A stretch of 64,000 nucleotides of DNA, taken from Candidatus Omnitrophota bacterium (GTDB lineage: Bacteria > Omnitrophota > Gorgyraeia > S143-82). The notes beneath the pieces were generated by a model that saw only the letters and a list, made by a program, of their open reading frames with translations, searched no databases and was not told the origin of the DNA. Position 1 is the stretch's first letter, and each line of letters begins with the position of its first letter. A program made the position numbers and the translations under genes. Below are positions 19,319 to 29,942 of the stretch, piece by piece. Where the stretch lies: contig WGBD01000007.1 of assembly GCA_015494465.1 (NCBI GenBank), positions 67,009-131,008 of the forward strand. The letters run 5' to 3'.

Positions 19319-21174
19319 ACCCATCTTCCACTTTCCTGAAGTATGCCCTTCAAGACCCTGCGAATGCCCCCTTTGTCCAACCCCACCTCTGCCAGTAGCT
19401 CTTCCCTCTTACCGTGCAGAACGAACCTGTTCTCCACACCACAGAGGTGAAATTCCCTATCCTTATTCCCTACCAGGGCCTTTAATCCCTCGCCAAAACC
19501 ACCCCGCACATACCCTTCCTCGAATACCACCACGGTATCCGCACCGTCCAAAACCCGCTCCAACCAAGCGCGATCCAGACCTATCAAGAAGACGGGATCC
19601 ACCACCCGTAGAGGCAGATTCTCCTCCTCGGCCACCTCTAATACCTGATATACCAAGGGGCCAACTGCAAATACCACCGTAGATCCCCTATCAATCAGCA
19701 CCTCACCTCGCCCTTCTAGTATCTCTCGCACCCGTCCTGGTCTGACCGCATCCTTTGGATAGCGAATAGCGATCGGTCTCCTCTCCATCCTGGCCTTTTC
19801 CAACGCCCAGCGCAGGGCAGAGCGAAGCATGCCTTCGTCCCTCGGGGCCAAGAGCTCCATCCTCGGGATGGACCTGAGATAACATATGTCTAACAGACCG
19901 TGATGCATAATCCCATCCTCTCCCACCAGACCCGCACGGTCGATGGCAAACACCACCCCCACATCCTGCAAGGCGACGTCGTTGACTACCTGATCGTAGG
20001 CCCTTTGGAGAAAGGTAGAGTATATCGCCACCACCGGCAATTTCCCTGCCCGGGACAGCCCCGCAGAGAAGGCAACCGCGTGCTCCTCCGCAATACCCAC
20101 ATCGTAGACCCGATTGGGAAACTTCTCTGCAACCGGTCTCAGACCAGTCCCGTCCAGCATCGCCGCGGTAATCGCCACCAAGGAATCGTCCTCAGAAAAG
20201 ACCTTGAGGACCTCTTCAGAGAATACCGAGGTAAAACTGCGCTGAAGGGCCCTGTCCACCTTGCCGGTATCTATGTCGAACTGCAAGACGCCGTGGAACC
20301 GCGTGGGGTCCTTTTCCGCAAACTGATACCCCTTGCCCTTTTTTGTCACCACATGCAACAACTTCGGCCCAGGCAGGAGCTTTATCCGCTCCAAGGTGGG
20401 TATCAACACCGACAGGTCGTGCCCGTCTATTGGACCAAAGTATCTGAATCCCAATTCCTCAAAAAGCCATCCCGGTACGATCAGCCCTTTAAGGGCCTCC
20501 TCCAACTTTCCCCCGAAGCGGGCCAGGTTTTTACCTATCTTGGGTATGCGGGATATAGCCGAACTGATACGATCGTGCAGTTTGTTGTAAGTGGCAGTAG
20601 ATATGATGCGGTTTACATACAGACTAAGTGCACCCTGCACCGGGGAAATCGCCATAGAGTTGGTGTTCAAGACCACGAGTATGTCGCTCTGGCCGTGCCC
20701 TGCGTGATTCAGGGCCTCGAAACACATCCCCCCGCTGAGAGATCCGTCGCCGATGACCGCCACCACCTTCCAATCATCCCCGTCCAAGTCCCGGGCCATG
20801 GCCAATCCCAAGGCCAGAGAAACCGCAGTGGAACTGTGCCCCACGGTGAAGGGATCGTGCTCAGACTCAAAGTGGGAGGGGAAACCGCTCAACCCCTTAT
20901 AGGTCCTCAAGGTATCAAAGCGATCGTTCCTGCCGGTGATTATCTTGTGGGCGTAGGCCTGATGTCCTACATCCCAGACGATCTTATCGCGGGGGGAATC
21001 AAAGACCCTGTGCAGGGCAACCGCCAATTCCACTGCCCCTAAAGAGGATGCCAGGTGCCCACCCCTGCGGGAGACGACCTCGATGATGCGCTCTCTGATC
21101 TCCTCGCAGAGCAGTTTCAGTTCCTCGAGATCCAAGGTCTTTAGATCAGAAGGGGAGTGAATCCTCTCCAACAT
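19315..21174 (-). CDS. dxs: 1-deoxy-D-xylulose-5-phosphate synthase
   Basis: GGHLASSLG, WDVGHQAY.HK, GDG TPP motif, GPIDGH, DVGIAEEH, IYSTFLQRAYDQ. Confidence 0.97.
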   Translation of the reverse strand: MLERIHSPSDLKTLDLEELKLLCEEIRERIIEVVSRRGGHLASSLGAVELAVALHRVFDSPRDKIVWDVGHQAYAHKIITGRNDRFDTLRTYKGLSGFPSHFESEHDPFTVGHSSTAVSLALGLAMARDLDGDDWKVVAVIGDGSLSGGMCFEALNHAGHGQSDILVVLNTNSMAISPVQGALSLYVNRIISTATYNKLHDRISSAISRIPKIGKNLARFGGKLEEALKGLIVPGWLFEELGFRYFGPIDGHDLSVLIPTLERIKLLPGPKLLHVVTKKGKGYQFAEKDPTRFHGVLQFDIDTGKVDRALQRSFTSVFSEEVLKVFSEDDSLVAITAAMLDGTGLRPVAEKFPNRVYDVGIAEEHAVAFSAGLSRAGKLPVVAIYSTFLQRAYDQVVNDVALQDVGVVFAIDRAGLVGEDGIMHHGLLDICYLRSIPRMELLAPRDEGMLRSALRWALEKARMERRPIAIRYPKDAVRPGRVREILEGRGEVLIDRGSTVVFAVGPLVYQVLEVAEEENLPLRVVDPVFLIGLDRAWLERVLDGADTVVVFEEGYVRGGFGEGLKALVGNKDREFHLCGVENRFVLHGKREELLAEVGLDKGGIRRVLKGILQESGRWV

Positions 21175-21412
21175 CCTCGGGCATAAACTCCTTCTTCACC
21201 AGCGAACCGTCTATTTCCCTAACTATCATCTCTATCTTGCCCTGCAGTTGATTCAACAGTTCCATACACATCCGGTAGAGCCTTATCCCCTCCTCGTAGA
21301 GTTTAAGGCTCTCCTCCAACGGGATGTCCCCCTCTTCGAGGATGTTCACTATCTCCTCCAACCTGTTGAGGGCGGACTCAAAAGAGATCTTGTTGGGCTT
21401 CTCCTTCTCCAT
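21146..21412 (-). CDS. xseB: Exodeoxyribonuclease VII small subunit
   Basis: SFESAL.RLEEIV..LE.G..PLEESL.LYEEG. Confidence 0.95.
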   Translation of the reverse strand: MEKEKPNKISFESALNRLEEIVNILEEGDIPLEESLKLYEEGIRLYRMCMELLNQLQGKIEMIVREIDGSLVKKEFMPEDVGEDSLPF

Positions 21413-22685
21413 GGCCTTCTATCCCCTCGGTCTTTGCAATCACACTGCCGTCGCTCAGGCGAATCTTCAACCTATCTTTAGGGGCCAGTTGTCTAATCGA
21501 CCTTACCAAGACATCACCCTTATAGACCAAGGCATACCCTCTCGAGAGCGTACGCAAGGGGCTCAGTACTTCTAGCTTACCAGCCAGGTGCTCTATCTGT
21601 AAACGATTTTTGTCTAACAGGTTATGGACACCCTGCCCCAAGGCCTCCAATAGTCCATCCAACTGCTGGAGGTACTGTTCTAACCGATACCTTGGTTCCA
21701 AAAAGGCCCGGGAAGAACGGATCCGGTCCATCCTCCACAAGAGGTTATCCCAGCGGTGCTTCAGCGTTCGGGATAGCCTGCTCATCAGGTGGCGGATCTT
21801 GCCCAACAGTTCCTCCTTATTCGGCACCGCCAATTCCGCCCCTGCCGAAGGAGTGGGGGCACGCCTGTCCGCGACGAAGTCCGCTATAGTCACATCTATC
21901 TCGTGGCCCACCGCGCTTATTACTGGGATCACCGACTCGCTTATCGCCCGGGCAACCACCTCCTCGTTGAAGGCCCACAGGTCCTCTATACTGCCTCCAC
22001 CCCGACCAACTATCAACACATCCACCTCGTCCCGGAAGAACAGGTTCATCTCCCTTATGGCGTTGGCTATCTCCTCTGCAGAACCCTCGCCCTGTACTCT
22101 CACCGGATAGAGGAGGATGCTCACCCCTGGGAACCTGCGCTTGAGCACATTGATGATGTCCCTAATGGCGGCACCGGTGGGAGAGGTAATCACCCCTACG
22201 GTGCGGGGCAGAAACGGCAGGGGCTTCTTGAGTTCCTTGCGAAAGAGCCCCTCTTTCTCCAACTTCTCCTTCAACTGCCGAAAGGCAAGGTCGAGAGCTC
22301 CTATGCCCTTGGGCTGGATCTCCTCGACATAGAGTTGGTACTTGCCTTCCCTCTCGTACATGTCCACCCGAGCCAAGACCAGCACCTGCATACCGTGGGA
22401 TAGTTCAAACTTCAACCGCGCGCGGGCCCCGCGGAACATCACCGCGGGAACGGAGGCGTACTCGTCCTTGAGGACGAAGTACATGTGCCCGGAAGAGTGG
22501 ACCTTTACCCTCGAGACCTCCCCTTCTATCCACAGATAATCGGGAAATCCTTCCCTTATCCAGTTTCGCACCAGATTGTTTATCTCGCTGACAGTATAGA
22601 CGAGATCCCTATCCTCCGCAGAGGTCCTTTCCGCGAGGTCCTCAAAGAACTCGCCCATCAGATCGCGTGTATCGTCCTTTCCCAT
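21378..22685 (-). CDS. xseA: Exodeoxyribonuclease VII large subunit
   Basis: GEVS...HSSGHMYF.LKD, TSPTGAA, RGGGSIEDLW.FN, SAVGHE.D, PTPS. Confidence 0.97.
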   Translation of the reverse strand: MGKDDTRDLMGEFFEDLAERTSAEDRDLVYTVSEINNLVRNWIREGFPDYLWIEGEVSRVKVHSSGHMYFVLKDEYASVPAVMFRGARARLKFELSHGMQVLVLARVDMYEREGKYQLYVEEIQPKGIGALDLAFRQLKEKLEKEGLFRKELKKPLPFLPRTVGVITSPTGAAIRDIINVLKRRFPGVSILLYPVRVQGEGSAEEIANAIREMNLFFRDEVDVLIVGRGGGSIEDLWAFNEEVVARAISESVIPVISAVGHEIDVTIADFVADRRAPTPSAGAELAVPNKEELLGKIRHLMSRLSRTLKHRWDNLLWRMDRIRSSRAFLEPRYRLEQYLQQLDGLLEALGQGVHNLLDKNRLQIEHLAGKLEVLSPLRTLSRGYALVYKGDVLVRSIRQLAPKDRLKIRLSDGSVIAKTEGIEGHGEGEAQQDLF

Positions 22686-23461
22686 CGGGTTATGGACCTT
22701 GCCCTGCCCGAATCCCTGTCTATCTCCAGAAACACCCCATTCACTATCACCGGAGGCGATGCCACCGGGAACCTTACCGGTATCCCCACTATGTACTTCT
22801 CCAATACATTCTCCACCTTTCTGCCTATCACCGATTCCATCGGGCCAACCATCCCTACATCGGTTACGTAGGCGGTCCCGTTGGGAAGGATCCGGGCATC
22901 CGCGGTGGGTATGTGGGTGTGGGTGCCCAATACCGCCGAGACCCTTCCGTCGAGGTAGTATCCCATCGCAACCTTCTCACTGGTGGCCTCTGCGTGGAAG
23001 TCCACTATCACCACACTGGCCTTGTCCTTTATCTCGGAAAGGATCTCGTCCGCCTTCCTAAAGGGGCAGTCCAGAGGATACATAAAGACCCGCCCAATCA
23101 GGTTCACTACCGCCACCACCAGCCCGTCAGCGGATACCCAGAGGGTGTAACCCCGTCCCGGGGCCCTGGGGGGATAGTTTGCAGGCCTGATGATAAAAGG
23201 GAATTCCTCCATCCGCCTGACGAAGTCGCGGTTCTTCCAGACATGGTCCCCGCTGGTCACCACATCCACCCCGCACCTCAGCAACTCGTGGGCAATCTTC
23301 ACCGTGATACCCGAGCCGTGGTCCAGATTCTCCCCGTTGACGATAAGCAGGTCCAATTCCAACTCCCTGCGCCAGTCCAGGGCGTAGGAGCGCAGGACAT
23401 CCAGTCCCGGCGGGCCGACCACATCCCCAAGGAAAAGCACCCTCAACGGCCTACTTTGCAT
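22658..23461 (-). CDS. ymdB: YmdB-like metallophosphoesterase
   Basis: [29 protein letters not shown]; follows rny. Confidence 0.92.
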   Translation of the reverse strand: MQSRPLRVLFLGDVVGPPGLDVLRSYALDWRRELELDLLIVNGENLDHGSGITVKIAHELLRCGVDVVTSGDHVWKNRDFVRRMEEFPFIIRPANYPPRAPGRGYTLWVSADGLVVAVVNLIGRVFMYPLDCPFRKADEILSEIKDKASVVIVDFHAEATSEKVAMGYYLDGRVSAVLGTHTHIPTADARILPNGTAYVTDVGMVGPMESVIGRKVENVLEKYIVGIPVRFPVASPPVIVNGVFLEIDRDSGRARSITRWERTIHAI

Positions 23462-25016
23462 ACTCGACCGCCCTGGTCTCCCTTATCAATATCACCTTTA
23501 TCTGTCCCGGGTACTCCATCTCCGCCTCTATCTTCTTCTTCACATCGTGGGCCAAGAGGGGAAGCATCTCGTCGCTCACCTGACCGGGATCCACCATCAC
23601 CCGGACCTCTCTACCCGCCTGTATCGCGTAGGCCTTGCTGACGCCCTTGAAAGAGGTGGCTATCTCCTCCAGTTTCTGGAGCCTCTTTATGTAGGTCTCT
23701 ATCGTCTCCCTGCGGGCGCCGGGACGGGCAGCGCTTATGGCATCCGCTGCTGCTGCCAGGACCGCATACACGCTCTTAGGTGCCTCCTCCTCGTGGTGGG
23801 CAGCGATGGCGTTGACCACTACATCCGGCTCTCCGTACTTGCGGGCCAACTCCGCCCCTATCAGGGCGTGGGTACCCTCTACATCGTGGTCCACTGCCTT
23901 TCCTATGTCGTGGAGCAGACCTATCCGGTGGGCCAGGTTAAAGTCTAACCCCAACTCCGAGGCCATAACCCCCATTATAAAGGCAACCTCCTTGGAGTGC
24001 TGGAGGGCATTCTGACCAAAACTGGTGCGGAACTTCAACCTGCCTATCAACTTCACCAGCTCCGGGTGTATTCCGTGTATACCAGCGTCGAATACCGCCT
24101 TCTCTCCCTCCTCCATTATCGCCTCTTCTACCTCCTTCTGGGCCTTCTCCACCACCTCTTCAATCCTTGCGGGATGGATACGGCCATCGCTGATCAACCT
24201 CTGCAGGGCGATGCGGGCTATTTCCCTGCGGATGGGGTTGAAACCGGATATGGTAACCACCTCCGGGGTGTCGTCTATGATGATGTCTACGCCGGTCGCC
24301 ATCTCAAAGGCCCTGATGTTGCGCCCCTCACGACCGATTATACGCCCCTTCATCTCGTCACTGGGCAGACTCACCACGCTTATCGTAGTATCTATCGTCT
24401 CCTCCGCTGCGTATTTCTGTATCGCCAAGGCAATGACCTCCTTGGCCTTCTTTTCAGCGGTGTGCTGGATCTCCTCCTCCAAGAGGTGCAGGCGCTTGGC
24501 CTTCTCCTCCAACAATTCCTGCTCTATCTTGCTGAGCAACAGGTTCCGGGCCTCTTCTTGGGACAGACCCGATATCTTCTGCAAGAGGCCCTTTTCCTCC
24601 TCTATCAAGCCGGCCAGTTCCTCTTCCTGCCTCTTTATGGCGCTCTCCCTCTCTACCAGCTCCCGCTCTCTATCTTCTACCGCCTTCTCCTTGGCCTCCA
24701 GCAGGTCAAGGCGCCGGTCTAGGTTCTCCTCCCGTTGGATCAGCCTCTGCTCCAGGCGGTTCAGCTCCTCCCTCCGGCGCTTAGTCTCCTCTTCGAATTC
24801 GCTCTTCATCCTGAAGAGCATGTCCTTGACCTCTACCTCCGCCTCCCTGCGCCGGGACTGGGCCTCCTTTCGGGCCTGTTCCAGTATCTCTTCTGCCCTC
24901 TTACGGGACTCCTCTAACTGCCTGCGGGCAATCAGTTGATAGGATCTATACCCCAAGAAAAAGGCCACGCCCACTAGGACCAGACCACCAACCACTATCA
25001 ACGCGATGTGTTCCAT
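23451..25016 (-). CDS. rny: Ribonuclease Y
   Basis: N-terminal TM, coiled coil, KH domain ([13 protein letters not shown]), HD domain (LLHDIGK), AIQAGRE; start at ATG 25016, 7 nt after AAGGAGG. Confidence 0.97.
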   Translation of the reverse strand: MEHIALIVVGGLVLVGVAFFLGYRSYQLIARRQLEESRKRAEEILEQARKEAQSRRREAEVEVKDMLFRMKSEFEEETKRRREELNRLEQRLIQREENLDRRLDLLEAKEKAVEDRERELVERESAIKRQEEELAGLIEEEKGLLQKISGLSQEEARNLLLSKIEQELLEEKAKRLHLLEEEIQHTAEKKAKEVIALAIQKYAAEETIDTTISVVSLPSDEMKGRIIGREGRNIRAFEMATGVDIIIDDTPEVVTISGFNPIRREIARIALQRLISDGRIHPARIEEVVEKAQKEVEEAIMEEGEKAVFDAGIHGIHPELVKLIGRLKFRTSFGQNALQHSKEVAFIMGVMASELGLDFNLAHRIGLLHDIGKAVDHDVEGTHALIGAELARKYGEPDVVVNAIAAHHEEEAPKSVYAVLAAAADAISAARPGARRETIETYIKRLQKLEEIATSFKGVSKAYAIQAGREVRVMVDPGQVSDEMLPLLAHDVKKKIEAEMEYPGQIKVILIRETRAVEYAK

Positions 25017-25023
25017 AGCCAAA

Positions 25024-25053
25024 CCTCCTTACGCTACAATCTCGCAAAGGAGG
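25024..25053 (-). promoter_or_regulatory. Anti-SD/SD hairpin in the rny leader
   Basis: mRNA CCUCCUU (25053-25047) is the exact complement of the AAGGAGG RBS (25030-25024). Confidence 0.5.
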
Positions 25054-25075
25054 ACGAAGGAAGGACTGAGACCTC

Positions 25076-25609
25076 TCAGGCGGATACCACCCTATCGACC
25101 CGCACATCCGCAGGGCCTACGGGGAGAGAGGGATACAGTTGGCAAGCAAAACATATACCTATCTTGGGGACACCTGCAGGCAATCGGGAGAGAAATCGGT
25201 CGTAGTGCCCCCCTCCCCGCCCTATGCGGTTCCCCGCAAGGTCAAAGGCCCGCCCGGGTACCAACACCAGGTCGATCTCCTCTGGATCCACCCATTCCTT
25301 CTCCAGAGGCTCCTTGATCCCGTATTGGCCTATCCCAAGCGGTTCCTTAAACTTACACGGCTTGATTTCACCGTTTTCCATCACCGGCACAACCACTTCC
25401 TTACCCTCTCTCACTGCGGTTTCGATGATTGGTTTGGTATCTACCTCGTCCTCCTTAGCGAGATAACTCATTATTACCCTTGCAGTTATAAACTCCTTAA
25501 GCGCGCAAACCAGCTCGCGGATCTTCTCCGCAACCTGTCGTTTATACCCCTCGTCAAGCTCAGCAACTCTGGTGCTGACCTCCTTTCTTATCTGGGCCTT
25601 GTTTACCAT
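25076..25609 (-). CDS. 5-formyltetrahydrofolate cyclo-ligase
   Basis: EVDT, GI.EP, IDLVLVPG.AFD..G.RIGRGGG.YDRFL, D.RVD; start uncertain (25609-25636). Confidence 0.93.
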   Translation of the reverse strand: MVNKAQIRKEVSTRVAELDEGYKRQVAEKIRELVCALKEFITARVIMSYLAKEDEVDTKPIIETAVREGKEVVVPVMENGEIKPCKFKEPLGIGQYGIKEPLEKEWVDPEEIDLVLVPGRAFDLAGNRIGRGGGHYDRFLSRLPAGVPKIGICFACQLYPSLPVGPADVRVDRVVSA

Positions 25610-25653
25610 ATCCACTCCAGACATGTTCCCACCCATGCAAAAAACTACTGAAT

Positions 25654-27456
25654 TTATTTTATCACCTCTCCCGATTGCAGTCTATACAGACTCTTATACA
25701 GCCCGTCCTTCTCTATGAGCTCCTCGTGTGTGCCCATCTCCACCACCTCACCTTCGTGTAAAACGACTATGAGATCCGCAGAGCGGATGGTGGAGAGCCT
25801 GTGGGCTATTACCAAGACCGTTCTGCCCTGCATCGCAGAGGATAGGGCAGACTGGACCTCCTTCTCCGACTTGGCATCCAGGTGCGATGTGGCCTCGTCC
25901 AATATAAGTATGGGGGGATCCCGCAATACCGCCCGGGCAATAGCTATCCTTTGTTTCTGTCCTCCGGAAAGCTGACTTCCCAGATCGCCTATCCGGGTAT
26001 CGTAACCCTTTGGTAGAGAATGTATAAACTCGGATATGTGGGCTGTTCGCACCGCCTCTTCCACCTGTTGCCTATCTACATCTCTCAATCCGTAGGTTAT
26101 GTTGTTCCACAGAGTATCGTTGAACAGTATCAACTCCTGCGGAACCAGACCCACATGCCTGCGCAGGTCCTTAAGGTCCACCTCCCGTATGTCCACTCCG
26201 TCTATAAGGATCCGCCCCTTTACCGGGTCGTAAAGCCTCAAGAGCAGACCCGCCAGGGTGCTCTTGCCACTGCCCGATGCTCCCACGAGGGCCACTACCT
26301 TACCTTTAGGTATCTCAAAAGAGACCCCCTTGAGGACCCATCCCCGGTCGTCGTAGCGGAACCAGACATCCTCAAACCTTATCTTATCCTCAAAGCGAAA
26401 CCTTTTGGGCTCTGCCACCTCCACAACCGAGGGCCGGGCGTCCAGTACCTCGCCTATCCGCTCCATGGCACCTATCGCCTGCTGGAAGAAGACATGGATG
26501 TTGCTCAACCGCTTCAGCGGGCGCACCATGGAGAGCAAAGAGGCCAAGAACAGGGCAAACACCCCAAAGGAAAGCCTCCCCGAGAGGACCAGGTTGCCCC
26601 CGTACCACAGGATCGCCACCGCCACCACCGCAGAGAGGACCTCCATCAAAGGCGAAAGCAGGATCTCCCGCCCTATCCGCTTCATCGTCAGACGATAGTA
26701 GTCCTGATTCTTCTCCCGGAACCTCTCCACCTCTACATCCTCGCTGGCAAAGGCCTTCACCACCTTCGCCCCGGAGAGGGTCTCTATCAAAAGGACATTG
26801 ATGTCCGCTATCCTCTCCTGACTGCGACGGGTGAGCTTCTTCACCCTCCTGCCGATGTACATCGCAGGCACGACCACCAAGGGTATCACGATGAACATCC
26901 ACAGCGCGAGTCTCCAGTCTATGGCAAAGACGATGGCGGAGAAGACCAGCACCTGCCCGCCCTGATAGACCAACTCGGTGATACCGTAAGAGATGGAGTG
27001 CTGTATAACCACCACATCGTTGGTCAGGCGGGATACCAGATCCCCGGTCCTGTGGCGGGAGAAGAAGTCCATGGAAAGCATCTGCAACCTCTGGTAGAGC
27101 TTAAACCTGAGGTCCCGTATTATCCTCTGGGCGATGTCGGACATCAAGTACTTGTAGGCAAACTCCACCACCGCCTTGGCCAGGTATATCCCCAATATAG
27201 CCATCCCTATGTAAAACAGCAGGTCCCGGGGATCCAACGAGTTCAGTCTATCCACCCAGACCGCCAGCCAACGGGGAAGGGGATAAGGGAAACGGATGGG
27301 CTTACCCGCTAAGACCCTGTCCGATACCGGCACCAGCATGGAGAGGGATGCCCCGTCGAATATCGCACTCAGCACCATGAGCAGTCCCGCGAATAAAAAC
27401 AGGTACCAATAAGGCACTACGAGTCCCAACAACCTGCGGAATGCACTCGATTTCAT
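25654..27456 (-). CDS. ABC exporter (fused TMD+NBD), MsbA-like
   Basis: TMD with G.LVSRLTND, Walker A GASGSGKST, LSGGQKQR, LILDEATS, IAHRLST. Confidence 0.9.
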   Translation of the reverse strand: MKSSAFRRLLGLVVPYWYLFLFAGLLMVLSAIFDGASLSMLVPVSDRVLAGKPIRFPYPLPRWLAVWVDRLNSLDPRDLLFYIGMAILGIYLAKAVVEFAYKYLMSDIAQRIIRDLRFKLYQRLQMLSMDFFSRHRTGDLVSRLTNDVVVIQHSISYGITELVYQGGQVLVFSAIVFAIDWRLALWMFIVIPLVVVPAMYIGRRVKKLTRRSQERIADINVLLIETLSGAKVVKAFASEDVEVERFREKNQDYYRLTMKRIGREILLSPLMEVLSAVVAVAILWYGGNLVLSGRLSFGVFALFLASLLSMVRPLKRLSNIHVFFQQAIGAMERIGEVLDARPSVVEVAEPKRFRFEDKIRFEDVWFRYDDRGWVLKGVSFEIPKGKVVALVGASGSGKSTLAGLLLRLYDPVKGRILIDGVDIREVDLKDLRRHVGLVPQELILFNDTLWNNITYGLRDVDRQQVEEAVRTAHISEFIHSLPKGYDTRIGDLGSQLSGGQKQRIAIARAVLRDPPILILDEATSHLDAKSEKEVQSALSSAMQGRTVLVIAHRLSTIRSADLIVVLHEGEVVEMGTHEELIEKDGLYKSLYRLQSGEVIK

Positions 27457-28115
27457 CTCTTCCCCAGCAACTTGAGTATCAATTGGGCATCCTGCCAGAC
27501 CAAGACCTTATCCTTGGGATTCCTGAGAAGATAGGCAGGGTGAAAGGTGGGCACCACCTTCATACCCCGCCACTCAAAGACCTGTCCTCTCACCGACTTT
27601 ATCCCTACATTGCGCCCCAGCAGGAGCGAGGTGGAAAACTTTCCCAGGGTGCATATCACCTTGGGTCCTATTATCTCCAACTGCTTCAAGATAAAGTGCC
27701 TGCAGGCGAATATCTCCGACGGCAAGGGGTTACGATTGTTGGGAGGCCGGCACTTAAGGACATTGGCTATGTAGACATCCGAACGGTCAAATCCCATCTT
27801 GTTTATCAGCCTAGTCAGGACCTCCCCCGCCCGCCCCACGAAGGGCCTGCCTTGGAGGTCCTCATCCCTTCCCGGGGCTTCACCAACGAATACCAGTTCC
27901 GCATAGGGATTCCCCTCCCCAAAGACCAGATTGGTCCTGGTCTTGTAGAGGTCACAGGCCTTACACTCCAGGGCAGAGCGGTACAATGCAGACAGGCTCG
28001 CCTCTTTGTCGCCTTTCTCCTCACCTTCGCCTTGCGAGGGCAAAAAGTAGTCCTCTATGCCCCAAAAGGCCTCTATCTCTTTCATCATATCCGGGAGATC
28101 CCTCTTCTCAAGCAT
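27453..28115 (-). CDS. Uracil-DNA glycosylase family 4
   Basis: CxxC, GEAPG..ED..GRPFVG.AG, KCRPP.NR, HPAY; Fe-S cysteines present. Confidence 0.93.
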   Translation of the reverse strand: MLEKRDLPDMMKEIEAFWGIEDYFLPSQGEGEEKGDKEASLSALYRSALECKACDLYKTRTNLVFGEGNPYAELVFVGEAPGRDEDLQGRPFVGRAGEVLTRLINKMGFDRSDVYIANVLKCRPPNNRNPLPSEIFACRHFILKQLEIIGPKVICTLGKFSTSLLLGRNVGIKSVRGQVFEWRGMKVVPTFHPAYLLRNPKDKVLVWQDAQLILKLLGKR

Positions 28116-28818
28116 CCCTTAACAAGACCTCCAAAAGGGCAAGATCCTGAGGATAGGTTACCTTCACATTGGACCTATTCCCCTCGCAGACGAGGATACT
28201 TTCCCGTGGAAAAAACCTCTCCACGAATCCCGCACAATCGCTGAAGCCCACGCCTTCCTCCATCCCCTTGGAATAGGCCTCCCATATAAGACCGAACCTG
28301 TAGCCCTGGGGCGTCTGTATCTCCCTAAGCGTTTCCCTTTTTAGGGTCCTGCAGACGCGGACACCTTCCCGCCTCACCTCTACCTCTTTAACCGTGGAGG
28401 TGATCTCGATCCCCGGGACCACCGCGTGCCAGCCCGCTTTCAAGGAATCCAACACCCGATCCACCAACGCCCTCCCCACCGCAGGTCGAGCGCCGTCGTG
28501 TATCAACACCAGATCTTCGTCCTTGAGTCTGCTTCTCAAGGTCTTCAGACCGCTAAATACCGAAAACCACCTCTCAGGTCCCGGCTCGGCAAAGAAGACG
28601 GTCTTGTCTGGGGAGGAGATCACATCGCGATAGGCCCTTTCCACCTCTGGCCCAATCCACGCCTCCCCTCCTACGATCGCAATCACAGAGACCTCAGGAT
28701 GACACAAAAAGGCCTCCAGGCTCCAGCGCCACAGCTCCTTGCCCAGCAAAGACGCCCGCAGTTTATCCCCTCCGAACCTGCGGGCCTTACCACCCATCAA
28801 TAGGACGACCCCAACCAT
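28108..28818 (-). CDS. ispD: 2-C-methyl-D-erythritol 4-phosphate cytidylyltransferase
   Basis: HDGARP, QTPQG, N.KVT.P.DL; follows PIN-TRAM gene; N-terminal loop somewhat divergent (MGGKARRF). Confidence 0.85.
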   Translation of the reverse strand: MVGVVLLMGGKARRFGGDKLRASLLGKELWRWSLEAFLCHPEVSVIAIVGGEAWIGPEVERAYRDVISSPDKTVFFAEPGPERWFSVFSGLKTLRSRLKDEDLVLIHDGARPAVGRALVDRVLDSLKAGWHAVVPGIEITSTVKEVEVRREGVRVCRTLKRETLREIQTPQGYRFGLIWEAYSKGMEEGVGFSDCAGFVERFFPRESILVCEGNRSNVKVTYPQDLALLEVLLRDA

Positions 28819-28821
28819 ACC

Positions 28822-29841
28822 TCAGGCAGACTCCGATCTGCGCTCCCTTCCTGCCCCGTTTCTGGCCCGTTTCCGGGCAAATATGATGCGACCTGAAGGG
28901 GTCTGAATGGTGTTGTACACCTCCACTGTAGCCACCCTGCCGATCAAGTTCCGGGCGTTCTCCACCACCACCATAGTTCCCTCGTTGGTGTACCCCACCG
29001 CCTGATTAGGCTCCTTACCCTCCCTGACCAGCCTTATCTGGAGGACCTGCCCTGGGGAGACCTTCGGCTGTAGGGCAGATACCAGATCGTTTAGGTTCAG
29101 GACCTCAATCCCTTCTAACTGGGCTACTTTGCTCAGGTTGTAGTCCAAGGTGATTATCTTTGCTCCCAACAGCTTCGCCAAGCGCACCAACTTGGCGTCC
29201 ACATCCTCTCCCTCTGCAGGCTCCTCCTCGTAGATGTCCACCTGGGCGGATGGCCCCCGGGTGTAGGCACCCAAGAGGTCCAGCGCCTCCCTGCCCTTGC
29301 TCCGCTTGACGGGATCACTGGAGTCCGCTACGAACTGGAGCTCCCGCACCACGAACCGAGGTACGATCAGGCGCCCGCTCAGAAAACCCGTCTTCATCAC
29401 CTCAAATATCCTACCGTCCAAGATCGCACTGGTGTCTAACAAAAGGGGCATCTCGTCCCTGTCGCTCCGGGTAAAACGGATGTAGGGTAGGACGATAGCG
29501 AACTCGTCTCGCTTCTTCAAAGAGAAGGTAAGCCCGATGTAGATGAATACGAAGGTGAGCACCGGTGTTACCAACTTCACCACATAGGTATCCACCCCTA
29601 TCGCAAGCATCACATCGTGGACTATCTTGGCGGTCAATAAACCTAAAACCGCACCGAATATGGCAGAGGTAAGACCCCGCAGGGACACATTCTTCATCGC
29701 CATCTCTATCCCCGCCAGGACCACACCTAGTACCAATCCCACCAACCTCCCTAGGGCAGGATTCCCTAACTCCGTGCCGATAGAATTACCCAGTGCCACC
29801 ATCAAGGCGATAAAACCGATCCGCAATACCCAAAAGACCAT
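28822..29841 (-). CDS. PIN/TRAM domain membrane protein (YacL-like)
   Basis: 4 TM, LDTSAILDGRI, ELQ.VADS.D..KR.KG, D.NL.KVA, GKE..Q.VGY..EGTMVVVE. Confidence 0.92.
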   Translation of the reverse strand: MVFWVLRIGFIALMVALGNSIGTELGNPALGRLVGLVLGVVLAGIEMAMKNVSLRGLTSAIFGAVLGLLTAKIVHDVMLAIGVDTYVVKLVTPVLTFVFIYIGLTFSLKKRDEFAIVLPYIRFTRSDRDEMPLLLDTSAILDGRIFEVMKTGFLSGRLIVPRFVVRELQFVADSSDPVKRSKGREALDLLGAYTRGPSAQVDIYEEEPAEGEDVDAKLVRLAKLLGAKIITLDYNLSKVAQLEGIEVLNLNDLVSALQPKVSPGQVLQIRLVREGKEPNQAVGYTNEGTMVVVENARNLIGRVATVEVYNTIQTPSGRIIFARKRARNGAGRERRSESA

Positions 29842-29900
29842 GTCAGACCTCCTAACAATGAAACCGACCTATACCTCCAATAAAAATCCAGATCCGCTCT

Positions 29901-29911
29901 AATGTATCACA
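29901..29911 (-). promoter_or_regulatory. Possible extended -10 promoter
   Basis: TGTG-A-TACATT in the 100 bp gap upstream of the PIN/TRAM gene. Confidence 0.4.
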
Positions 29912-29942
29912 AAAACCGGGGCCAAAACAGTCCATTACCACC

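Noticed and set aside
25610-25660. 6S RNA or sigma54 promoter upstream of the cyclo-ligase
   Set aside because: Gap far too short for 6S; TTGCA has no correctly spaced -24 GG element
26020-27312. Long plus-strand ORFs (430 aa here; also 19900-21042, 22667-23641, 24025-24939, 57566-58498, 58839-59762)
   Set aside because: Fully antisense to well-conserved genes, with no recognisable motifs; shadow ORFs expected from codon bias
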